Part shown: positions 1 through 8,600 of the stretch, piece by piece
Layout of the letters: each line of letters opens with the position of its first letter
Numbering within the stretch: the first letter of the stretch is position 1
From: a virus
DNA: 13,944 nucleotides
Virus genome (UHGV): UHGV-1652516
Direction: 5' to 3' (one strand)
Notes under the pieces: generated by a model
Database searches by the model: none
The model's input: the letters and a program-made list of their open reading frames with translations, nothing else
Told to the model about the DNA's origin: nothing
Position numbers and translations under genes: made by a program

Positions 1-434
1 GCCAGGTCGGCAGCCAAACGGAGAGCTTCAGGGAGACTCTGCGGAATAGCAGGTTGTAATCTTCCGGCTCGATAGTCGATAAATGTCTGGTTTACCTTCA
101 GCCGAAACGCGGGAGAAATCCAGCCTGCGTACTCCACAGCGAGCAATTCATGGGCAAAAGTGCCGCCGCCACGGCCTTCGAACGAAACTATGCAATTCTG
201 CATAGTTTCTTTTTCAAGCTCTTCGATGAGCTGTTTGGCTGACAGCGTTCTTAGCCATTGAGCTGGCGCTTTATGGGCACCGAGTCCGCTCGCTCTGTGT
301 AGAGCATTAAGGTTGTAACGGCCAGCGCGGTCGGTCGTAATTTCAACACCACAAATAACAGGCAGAGTCGTTGAAGGATCGACATTTTGATGAAGGTTTG
401 ATATATTCATATCCGCATTGAATGTTTGTTGCAT
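1..434 (-). CDS. Antirepressor-like protein with KilA-N-type N-terminal domain; 5' portion only, gene continues past the left edge of the window
   Basis: Minus-strand translation from ATG at 434..432 is open through position 1 (about 144 codons; absent from the ORF track because no stop lies in the window): MQQTFNADMNISNLHQNVDPSTTLPVICGVEITTDRAGRYNLNALHRASGLGAHKAPAQWLRTLSAKQLIEELEKETMQNCIVSFEGRGGGTFAHELLAVEYAGWISPAFRLKVNQTFIDYRAGRLQPAIPQSLPEALRLAADL. The core FEGRGGGTFAHELLAVEYAGWISPAFRLKV resembles the KilA-N domain. The terminal IPQSLPEALRLAADL matches IPQTLPEALRLAAELA in the neighbouring antirepressor. GGAG lies 6 nt upstream of the ATG. Confidence 0.65.
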   Translation of the reverse strand, partial: MQQTFNADMNISNLHQNVDPSTTLPVICGVEITTDRAGRYNLNALHRASGLGAHKAPAQWLRTLSAKQLIEELEKETMQNCIVSFEGRGGGTFAHELLAVEYAGWISPAFRLKVNQTFIDYRAGRLQPAIPQSLPEALRLAADL

Positions 435-461
435 TTTTTCTCCAAATTTGCATCAACCTTC

Positions 462-485
462 AATCACCAGCTCGAAATGGTGATT
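462..485. promoter_or_regulatory. Perfect palindrome AATCACCA-N8-TGGTGATT, candidate operator in the leader of the left antirepressor gene
   Basis: Seen directly: 8-bp arms 462..469 and 478..485 are exact reverse complements with an 8-bp spacer, 28-53 bp upstream of the ATG at 434 (minus strand). Function is inferred by analogy to operator sites in phage antirepressor control regions. Confidence 0.4.
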
Positions 486-562
486 CTTTGCACTTAGAAA
501 ACGAAATTTATTAGAGCAAATTTTTCTGACTCGATCCAGATCGGGTTGGTCGATCTGCTCAG

Positions 563-597
563 AAACCTGCCAGTTTGCTGGCAGGTTTTTTCTTTTG
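563..597 (+). terminator. Rho-independent terminator hairpin, strong on the plus strand, weaker on the minus strand
   Basis: Perfect 11-bp stem AAACCTGCCAG (563..573) / CTGGCAGGTTT (578..588) with a 4-nt loop TTTG, followed on the plus strand by a T-run TTTCTTTTG (589..597). It sits 1 bp past the stop (598..600) of the minus-strand antirepressor gene; on the minus strand it is preceded by an A-run but followed by only a short U stretch. Confidence 0.6.
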
Positions 598-1635
598 TTA
601 ACCTATTGCTACTGGTTTTAACAAACCAGCATCAAGTAGCTTGCGAGTTAACCACTGCTGGCCTTTACCCGTTAATTGGGGCGTCAGCCGTATCTGGTAG
701 CCATTTTCATCATCCAGCACCACTTCTTTCACCGTGAAATACCCGGCGTTGATGTACTGTTGGCGCGGTACGTTTTTGCGCGCACCAAAAGCCATGAGAA
801 TGCCGTTCTGGCGCAACCATGAGAAAAGGGCGTTTTGCTTAAGTCCAACGACCTTTGCAAAGTTCCCGATCAGGATTCCATTAGCCACTGATACCCGGTC
901 GGCAAAATCGACTTTAGGGGCTGCGGCCACCAGCTGTTGTTCCAGCTGCATTTTCTGTTCTGCCAACTCGGCAGCCAGGCGTAGAGCTTCTGGTAATGTT
1001 TGGGGGATCGATGGGGCAGGGGAGTTTGCCTGCTGCAATTCTTCCAGTTTGTCGATCAGCGAACGGCGGACCGCTTTTGACTCGCGCGCGGCGACTCGCA
1101 GGGCTTGTTTGAAAGTCATGGTTATGACAAGCATTGATGTTTTGTTCATTTTTTCCACTACACTTTTTGTGTAGTGCTCACCATCAAGCTCATCGAGTAT
1201 TTTTTCGATGAATTTGTTGTTCCGAACCTCTGGTTCCCCACATAACTTACGCGCTTCATTGACCATCTTTAACAGTGTCAGGCTGTCGATTGTGTCTCCG
1301 GTGTTGGAGATAACATTCACTGCTGGTGATGGCGTAGCTGAAGCAACAGGTGCTGGTTTTTCAACATTCAAATTATTACCGGTCATTCTGCGCGCCTCCT
1401 TTCTCATTTCTGCTGCCACTGTTGCGTAACGTAGACGTCCTTGTTCAATCAAATAATCCCTGATCTCGGCTATCAGTAGCCTGTTGATCACAGCCTTATC
1501 TGTTCGGGTATAAAAACGTCTGGTTATCATGAAATAGTTGGCAATTGCGCCGGGGATCTCCCGTGTCGGCATACAGGTTGTATGCAAAGCGATCGCTTCG
1601 GCTATTTCATTACGGGTGACGAGAGGTGTTTTCAT
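598..1635 (-). CDS. Phage antirepressor, 345 aa, with KilAC/ANT-type C-terminal domain; central region resembles Rha-type phage regulatory proteins
   Basis: 345-aa ORF. The C-terminal half (LPEALRLAAELAEQKMQLEQQLVAAAPKVDFADRVSVANGILIGNFAKVVGLKQNALFSWLRQNGIL...) has the pattern of the KilAC domain of phage antirepressors. The central segment (SLTLLKMVNEARKLCGEPEVRNNKFIEKILDEL) resembles the Rha regulatory family, a weaker by-eye call. GGGGGG lies 3 nt upstream of the ATG at 1635. Confidence 0.75.
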   Translation of the reverse strand: MKTPLVTRNEIAEAIALHTTCMPTREIPGAIANYFMITRRFYTRTDKAVINRLLIAEIRDYLIEQGRLRYATVAAEMRKEARRMTGNNLNVEKPAPVASATPSPAVNVISNTGDTIDSLTLLKMVNEARKLCGEPEVRNNKFIEKILDELDGEHYTKSVVEKMNKTSMLVITMTFKQALRVAARESKAVRRSLIDKLEELQQANSPAPSIPQTLPEALRLAAELAEQKMQLEQQLVAAAPKVDFADRVSVANGILIGNFAKVVGLKQNALFSWLRQNGILMAFGARKNVPRQQYINAGYFTVKEVVLDDENGYQIRLTPQLTGKGQQWLTRKLLDAGLLKPVAIG

Positions 1636-1853
1636 AAACCCCCCTGAACGTTGGCAGAGAAGGGGAGGCTCCAGTAACTAAGTGAATTGCGCGAGTCAGT
1701 TGAAAAACGGGCAGTAAAAATGCAGGGGCCATCAGGCAATTGAGAGCGTGCTTCGTCTTCAGTTGCTGAGATAACGAAGTGATAGTGGTGTTTTTTACAG
1801 GAATAGAAACGCCAGATGAATTCTGGGCGTGCGCAAGGATTGGCATTAACCAT
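1632..1853 (-). CDS. Hypothetical small protein (73 aa) possibly translationally coupled to the antirepressor gene
   Basis: Its TGA stop overlaps the antirepressor ATG in an ATGA arrangement (1635..1632), and GAGG lies 8 nt upstream of its ATG at 1853. Amino-acid composition (C/W/H-rich) is not convincingly protein-like, so this is a weak call. Confidence 0.25.
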   Translation of the reverse strand: MVNANPCARPEFIWRFYSCKKHHYHFVISATEDEARSQLPDGPCIFTARFSTDSRNSLSYWSLPFSANVQGGL

Positions 1854-2099
1854 AGTTACGGCCTCACAATCAGGTTTAACAACCTGCTACCCGCTGCTAA
1901 ACAGGTGGCAGGACGTGACGGGGTTAGCAGACTGGCGATTGTGAAACCAGCAGGCCGAAGGCTCCCCATCACGCCCCACCATAATTTGGGCGTAACGCGG
2001 TTTTACGGACACAAAAATACCGCAATATCGGATATCTGCGGCTGTCCGCACAATCATTCAGGCTGCTAAACCCGGTCGCAGAATTTGCTACGACGGCGG

Positions 2100-2253
2100 A
2101 ACTATAAGCCTGAACGATTAAAAGGTCAATATGATGCGAAAAGATAGCATTCGCGACTTAAAAATACAAATCTATTAGAGCATTATCTGATTAGTAAATA
2201 CACAACTGGATCTAATAACCTCTTTTTTTTAAAGGCGAAAATATGTACCCTAA
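2100..2253 (+). promoter_or_regulatory. AT-rich upstream region of the secreted-protein cassette; probable promoter region, exact -35/-10 not assigned
   Basis: Strongly AT-rich segment directly upstream of the first cassette gene with several TATAAT-like hexamers; no single convincing -35/-10 pair could be fixed by eye. Confidence 0.3.
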
Positions 2254-2280
2254 ATGAGTTATAAGGCAGGTGAGGTTATA

Positions 2281-2928
2281 ATGAGAAAACTATTACTACC
2301 GTTATTATTTATGGCTGGGACTGTTAATGCAGCATCAAGCGTAAAGGAGATTTGTACCGATTATACGAAATACCTTGGGCACGTTTACGGCTTTGCTGTC
2401 AGTCAAGACGAATCCATGCGCAAGAAGTTACTGTCAGATATGAAACGCCTTAAACTTTCTGAAGCGATGGTGCAGCAAGAACTGTATAAAGTCGCAACCA
2501 ACGAAAATGCTAAATATCAATATTCTCGCCTGTTAAATCCCGACGCAAACGAGATCAATCGAAGCTCTTTCGATTATATGGTAAAGGCATGCGAAACCGC
2601 TCCTGATTTTGCTATTCCTAGCTGGGGTGTGCTGGTGGCGAGCAATGCCGTTAATAAAGAAGACGTTGGAAGAAATGGCATTGATTCAATCAGAAACTCA
2701 CCGGGAATGCGCCATCAAAACGTTCAGGGTACGCTTGAAGAACGGGCCAGGGGGCCGGGTACAAACTCCCCAATGGGAAACCTCTCCCCGGAGGAATTGC
2801 AAGAGTATAACCAACGGATGGAGCAGTATGAGAAAGCTGCACGCGAAAAAATGGAACAACAAAAAAACGGATCTCTTAATACTTTCCAGCAAGGTTTAAA
2901 AGCGCTTAATTTACCCTATGAATGGTGA
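2281..2928 (+). CDS. Secreted (periplasmic) protein of unknown function with signal peptide; C-terminal region shares a motif with the tape measure protein
   Basis: Start placed at ATG 2281 rather than the track's 2254, because GGTGAGG lies 7 nt upstream and the product then begins with a canonical signal peptide MRKLLLPLLFMAGTVNA|ASS (basic n-region, hydrophobic core, V-N-A cleavage motif). No lipobox. AT-richer than the tail genes. Contains NSPGMRHQNVQGTLEERARGPGT, which recurs in the 1130-aa protein. Confidence 0.75.
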   Translation: MRKLLLPLLFMAGTVNAASSVKEICTDYTKYLGHVYGFAVSQDESMRKKLLSDMKRLKLSEAMVQQELYKVATNENAKYQYSRLLNPDANEINRSSFDYMVKACETAPDFAIPSWGVLVASNAVNKEDVGRNGIDSIRNSPGMRHQNVQGTLEERARGPGTNSPMGNLSPEELQEYNQRMEQYEKAAREKMEQQKNGSLNTFQQGLKALNLPYEW

Positions 2929-2979
2929 ATATATGGTGGTTAACTAATTAAAATATTAATATCCAAAGGAGATAAATTA

Positions 2980-3456
2980 ATGCGCATCAAACGATTTTTA
3001 CTAGTTATTGCTTTGCTTACTCCGTTTTCATCAATGGCAAATGTAAGCAAATGGTCAACCGGCGAGACTCATGGTGTTCGTTCTTATGCTGTTTCCAGCA
3101 AAGATAATTATACGCTTACATTTGAGTGCGATGTTGAATTTAATAATACGGATCCCAATCAAGTAGGAACACGACTACTCACTCTCATGAAAACAGAACC
3201 TGGCGGTGAGTCATTTGATGCTAAAAAAGAACAAATAACGCTGAAAGTTGGTGATGATGAATATCCTATCAGTTCTATCGGTTCCTCTGTGGGTGATAGT
3301 TACTGGTATGGTTTTTGGTCAGATACCCCTGATATGGAAGTTAAAACATTCGATGCATACGTAGACGGAAAAAAAATCGCAACATTTACGCTACGTAAGG
3401 CCGCAGAGCTTTTCAACGCGGCACCTGAAGATGGCTGCCTGAAGCGCGCAAAATGA
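2980..3456 (+). CDS. Secreted (periplasmic) protein of unknown function, 158 aa, with signal peptide
   Basis: AAGGAG lies 8 nt upstream of the ATG. N-terminus MRIKRFLLVIALLTPFSSMA|NVS is a canonical Sec signal peptide. Two cysteines in the mature part; AT-rich codon usage. No family recognised. Confidence 0.75.
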   Translation: MRIKRFLLVIALLTPFSSMANVSKWSTGETHGVRSYAVSSKDNYTLTFECDVEFNNTDPNQVGTRLLTLMKTEPGGESFDAKKEQITLKVGDDEYPISSIGSSVGDSYWYGFWSDTPDMEVKTFDAYVDGKKIATFTLRKAAELFNAAPEDGCLKRAK

Positions 3457-3473
3457 CCTGTCACAAATGACTA

Positions 3474-4081
<608 letters not shown>

Positions 4082-4091
4082 GGGGGCTGAT

Positions 4092-4703
4092 ATGGGGCTT
4101 AATGTTGCTTCAGTAAAGTCTTATGTATCTTCGGCATTAACGACGACATTATTTGGCTCCGGCGTTGGTGAGCGGGAAGTTGGTAAGCTGACGTCAATCA
4201 TCATGAACAAAATGCTGTTCGCGCAAGGATGGCAGTTCTCTGTCGAAGTTGATGGTCTGGAGGGGGCAGACTTCTTTGCTAAAGACATTACCTACCACGA
4301 TTACAGCATCGAATATGAAACGATTAAAATCGGCGGAGGGAATATCCTTCAGCCAACGGAGCGTTCGCCTGGGCAGATAACAATGATGGTCAGGGATACC
4401 GTTGATGGCCTCGTTTTGGACTGGTTTAAGACGGCAAAAGGTCGGGTTATCAATCCGGACGGTACCGGGAATATACCGTCTAAATATTTGCTCAATGTGC
4501 GCATTTATCGGTTGCTGTCCTCCGGTTTAACCAAACTGGAAAATGAGATGACGGTATTCCCGGTCACTACCGGCGATGTCACCTATGCGCGGGATCAGGT
4601 TACGGAATTTAAGTCATTCCCAATGACCTTCGCATTGCACAGCACGTTTAACCAATCCTCAAGTTCTTTAGCTTCCCTTCTGGGCTTTAGTTTTTCTCTT
4701 TGA
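4092..4703 (+). CDS. Hypothetical phage tail protein, 203 aa; possibly the major tail (tube) protein
   Basis: GAGGGGG lies 5 nt upstream; it starts 10 bp after the previous stop. Size and position (two genes upstream of the tape measure gene) fit a major tail or tube protein, and the beta-rich sequence (WQFSVEVDGLEG...ITMMVRD...) is compatible with tube-family proteins. The functional call is low confidence. Confidence 0.6.
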   Translation: MGLNVASVKSYVSSALTTTLFGSGVGEREVGKLTSIIMNKMLFAQGWQFSVEVDGLEGADFFAKDITYHDYSIEYETIKIGGGNILQPTERSPGQITMMVRDTVDGLVLDWFKTAKGRVINPDGTGNIPSKYLLNVRIYRLLSSGLTKLENEMTVFPVTTGDVTYARDQVTEFKSFPMTFALHSTFNQSSSSLASLLGFSFSL

Positions 4704-4717
4704 ATTAAGGAGCAAGG

Positions 4718-5599
4718 ATGCTTTTACCTCTTTTCCCGCTACCATCGCGGCCAACTGAATTGATCCAGTTCCGTCAGCCAAATATTGCTGATGCGATGCG
4801 TTTCAACTCGATAACACCGGAGGAACAAGAACAACAGACAACGGCGTATTTAAAAGTCTTGCTGGCTGAACCCGCGAAATATGATCCCCTGACATGGACG
4901 GCGCAGGACCGGATTACCGCGTTATGGTGGATATTTACTGGCTCCCGTGAAACACCGGTCGAGACATTCACCTACACCTGTAAACATTGCGGTAAAGAGC
5001 ATTATTACGATTGCGATATGAATGCTCTGGCTGAAGATATCCAGGTCCTGGAAGTGGAACCGTTCATTGACGATATTGAGGTGTCTGTAGAGGGCGTGCC
5101 TTATCAATGGCGTATCGTGCCGCTTGATGGTTGGGCAATGGAAATGCTGGAGATGCGCCGTGCAGCATTGCCACCTGAAGACGACGCGGAATTCAAAGAA
5201 GCGATCGTTGATTTGCGTTTTTGGGAATTCGCTTATCAGTGTGAACTTTATAACGATGTTAGCGGTACTCGTGAAGAGCAGGCTGAGCGTCGTTATGAAA
5301 CGATCAAACGGATGGCCATTGAAACTGAATTTATCAAGCTGGCGGCACACATCCGGCTGGCTCATGAAAAGCTCGAACATGGTTTACCGTGCTACATCGA
5401 TAAAGGCGAAATGCGTCTTCGTCTCCCGCCGCACAAATGCCCAAACCAGGATACAAAGGAGTCCACAGAGGGTGCGTATACCCGTCTGTGGGTGCCCTTT
5501 CGGGCTACCGACTTCATTCCACAGGTGGGGATTGAAAAGCTATCAGACCTTAGTGTCCAACCTGGTTTTGTATGGGGGTATACCGATTCAGGACGCTGA
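4718..5599 (+). CDS. Hypothetical acidic protein, 293 aa, directly upstream of the tape measure gene; possibly a tail assembly chaperone
   Basis: AAGGAG lies 5 nt upstream. Acidic, Trp-rich protein with a CxxC...C cluster (CKHCGKEHYYDCD). The position immediately before the tape measure gene is where chaperones usually sit, but it is larger than typical and no canonical G/GT -1 frameshift is evident. Confidence 0.6.
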   Translation: MLLPLFPLPSRPTELIQFRQPNIADAMRFNSITPEEQEQQTTAYLKVLLAEPAKYDPLTWTAQDRITALWWIFTGSRETPVETFTYTCKHCGKEHYYDCDMNALAEDIQVLEVEPFIDDIEVSVEGVPYQWRIVPLDGWAMEMLEMRRAALPPEDDAEFKEAIVDLRFWEFAYQCELYNDVSGTREEQAERRYETIKRMAIETEFIKLAAHIRLAHEKLEHGLPCYIDKGEMRLRLPPHKCPNQDTKESTEGAYTRLWVPFRATDFIPQVGIEKLSDLSVQPGFVWGYTDSGR

Positions 5600-5680
5600 A
5601 AGGCTCACTGAATCCTATGCGTTTTTCCTGTTGGAGAAACTGGAAGAAAAACTTAAACCGAAGCGGTAGGCGATAAGATC

Positions 5681-8600
5681 ATGGAAAGAAAAAACGCCAA
5701 CATTGACGATGTGATAAGGACGGTTGAAACCGCCAGCGCAAAAGAGCTGGAAGAGCTTGCAGGTATTCGGGAAGCCGTTGAAGATTTGAAAGGGGGGCGA
5801 GTTGCTACAGTTGATCCTGTCTCTCGCAGTGTGTCGGCATTAAATCGCACAATCGAAAATTCCCGGCCAGACTTTGTGGCCAATGCGCCATCAGTGGACC
5901 CTATTGTTGAGGCAATGAAACGGCTTAATTTAGGGGACGTTTCTCGTGTAGTTCAGGAGGATGTTGCTCTACAGGAACCGCAGGCCAAATCAACTACGCG
6001 AAAGGGTAAAAAACGACGCAAGAAGGCTATAACAGAAGATGTAAAGGCGCAACGGACCGAAGCAGCCGAACACGCTCGCGAAATGTTCGGTCAAAAAGGC
6101 GGTGCGCAAAAAAGCCAAAACCAACGCGATGCGCGTGGTCGTTTTATTGGAAAGTCAGGGAGTAAGGCCGCAGCGGAAGATGCCCGTGCTGAACGTGCTG
6201 AAAAGGCCAGGCGCAAAGAGGATGATGAGCGTCTAAATGCTGAATCAGGTTTATTAAAAAAACTGTCAAAAGTAGCTGAAGGCATAGGTAACCCTTCAGA
6301 GACTCGTGCCGTCGATGCGTTAGGTTATGCCGTTGCTGGTCCATTGTGGGCAGCAGGGAAGGAGCTTGGCGGGATATCAAAAGAAGTTGGTGGATCGCTT
6401 AATGGTGCCAGAAAGTCTATTGCCGATGTGATTCGTGGCAATGACGATAACAGCCGTAGAAAAGGTTTTTTTAGGCGTAAATCGCAAAATAGTGCCGATG
6501 TCGTTCAGGTTAACACCCAAAAACGGACGGTTCAGGAACTTCAGGAGCAGACCAGCGAAATTAAAGAGGGCAATGACAAGATTCTCCGCGCCCTTGATCA
6601 GATAGCCAAAAACACCGGGAAAAAGAAGGGCGGCTTGCTGTCCAAACTATTTAGCCTGTTAGGGAAGGGGGCCGGTGGCGTCGCGTCGTTGTTAATGGGG
6701 CGTGGCATGCTGAAAAAAGCTGGAGCACTCGCTTTTGGCGCTCTGGGGGCAAAGAAACTTGTAGGAATGCTACGCGGTGGTGGCAAGAAGACTCTCGCCC
6801 ATGAAGGCGGAGATTTGGCTGCCCGGGCAGCAGGTAAACTTGGATTAAAGGCAGTTGGTAAAGGGGCGTTACGCGCAATTCCCCTAGTCGGCACAGTGGC
6901 TGGAGGTATTTATGATGCGGTAACCGGTTGGAATGATACAGAAGCGCAACGTCGAGCGTTTGGGCTTAAATCAGGACAAGATCCATCATTCCAGCAAAAA
7001 GCCGCTTATACGTTAGCTAATGTTCTTGATATGGGGGGACTGGTATCTGGTATTAGCAGCGCCATTGGTGAGGTTCTCAAATCACTTGGATTTGAGGATA
7101 TCGGCAATATGTTGCAATCATTTTCGACGGAAAGTATTGCCCAGGCCATTGATAGTGGGATTACCAACTTAGAAACATATATTTCTAACCTTGGCGACAC
7201 CATTTCTACCAAGTTCGATGATTACACAGCAAAGATTGGTGATGCTGTTTCAGCATGGTTTAGCGATACATCTAATAAGCTGCTTGAAAAGCTGGATGCC
7301 ATCAAAGACTTCTTTACTGTCGATAACCTGAAACAGGTTTTCAGTGATGCAATTGATAGTGCAATTGATTTCATTAAGAACCCAGGGAAACATATTAAAG
7401 AGGCGGCTGGTAATATTTGGGATGGGGTTAAAAATTTCCCCGGTAAAGCATTAGATGCAGCGGTTGATGCCGTTAAAAATACCCCTGCGGCAATGATTGT
7501 ATCAAAAATACCCAATCCGATCGGCGAGGCTAATGCGAAAGAAATCACTCCAGAGTTAAAAGCTCCGGTTAATAGCCACCAGGAGACATCTGATTCTAAA
7601 ACTGAATCCGATGCCAAACAGACTAATATTGTTACCCGCGTGATAAATGCGGCACTGGACACGGCGAAAGATAGCAATAAAACAGTTAAAGAAACTGCTA
7701 ATCAGATTATCAATGCAAATGCCGTAGAAACGGGCAATAGCGCGTTGCAGAAAATTGATAAAGCTATTGGTCAAAATAGCTCGTCATCATCGTCGCTTAA
7801 TACCACTGGCACCAGGAATGACATTCAGAAAGCTGCGGATACCTACAACAATGGCAACTTGGATGTAAAAGTCGGAAGTCTTGGCGCTGAAGGTAAGGCA
7901 AATCTCGATAAGTTGGCTCCGTATTTTGCCGAACTAGAGAATAAATACGGTCTTCCAGAAGGCACTCTTTACGCGATTGCTGCAACTGAATCTGGTGGTA
8001 ATCCGTATGCAAAATCCCAAACCGGTGCTCTGGGGATGTTTCAGTTCACGGGGATTGCTCGTGAAGAGACTGGCTTAGCTGAAGGTGAATCGTTTGATCC
8101 TGTGAAATCGGCAGAAGCTGCGGCTCTTCTCATGAGCAAATATCTGAAGCAAGCCAATGGAGACTTAAACGAGGCCATCACTGCATATAATGCTGGGTTT
8201 GGCACTATCAATAAGTGGAAAAAAGGCACAGGTGACTTATCGAAAGAAAACCGTGAGTACGCGATCAAGGTCAATACTCATCGTGCTCGCTATTTAGGTG
8301 GTGAAATCTATACACCTGGAGCAGGAGCACAGGGTGGGGCGCAATATGGAGTGAGGGGACCACTGCCTGATAACGCTGTTATCGATCAGTCTACTGGCCT
8401 GGCGTTTACCCCTGGTGATAGCCCGTTTGAGAAAGGCGGTCTGGTAGACAAAATTGGCAATGCTGTTGGCGTTAACGATCTGGTCAACAAATTCATGAAT
8501 GGCCGGGGTATGCGTCGGGAAGTCGTTCAGGGAACGCTCGAAGAACGTGCACGAGGGAAGGGGACCGCAACAGCAGCTGGCAATGTGTATGTTGATACTC

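Noticed and set aside
546-1429. Plus-strand ORFs 546..737, 734..1174 and 1208..1429 from the ORF track
   Set aside because: All lie antisense inside or across the 345-aa antirepressor gene and the terminator, have no ribosome-binding sites and have Cys/Arg/Ser-rich composition; treated as shadow ORFs.
1610-2069. ORFs 1610..1846 (-) and 1779..2069 (+)
   Set aside because: 1610..1846 overlaps the antirepressor start out of frame by 26 nt, and 1779..2069 has junk-like composition (Cys/His/Gly-rich) with no ribosome-binding site. The region is treated as non-coding apart from the weakly supported 1632..1853 ORF.
2254-2280. Upstream start (2254) for the first secreted-protein gene
   Set aside because: No Shine-Dalgarno, and the extra 9 residues would bury the signal peptide; ATG 2281 has GGTGAGG upstream.
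2631-2638. Chi site GCTGGTGG on the plus strand
   Set aside because: A single 8-mer occurrence in 14 kb is compatible with chance and gives no basis for a functional claim.
5124-5669. Alternative-frame ORF overlapping the 3' half of the 293-aa gene, as a possible frameshift extension
   Set aside because: Most of its translation is Arg/Cys/Trp-rich junk. Only the last about 30 codons past the main stop look helix-like (IPIQDAERLTESYAFFLLEKLEEKLKPKR), and reaching them would need a +1 shift near the G-run at 5573..5579. No recognisable slippery site, and it is unlike the canonical G/GT -1 chaperone frameshift, so not called.
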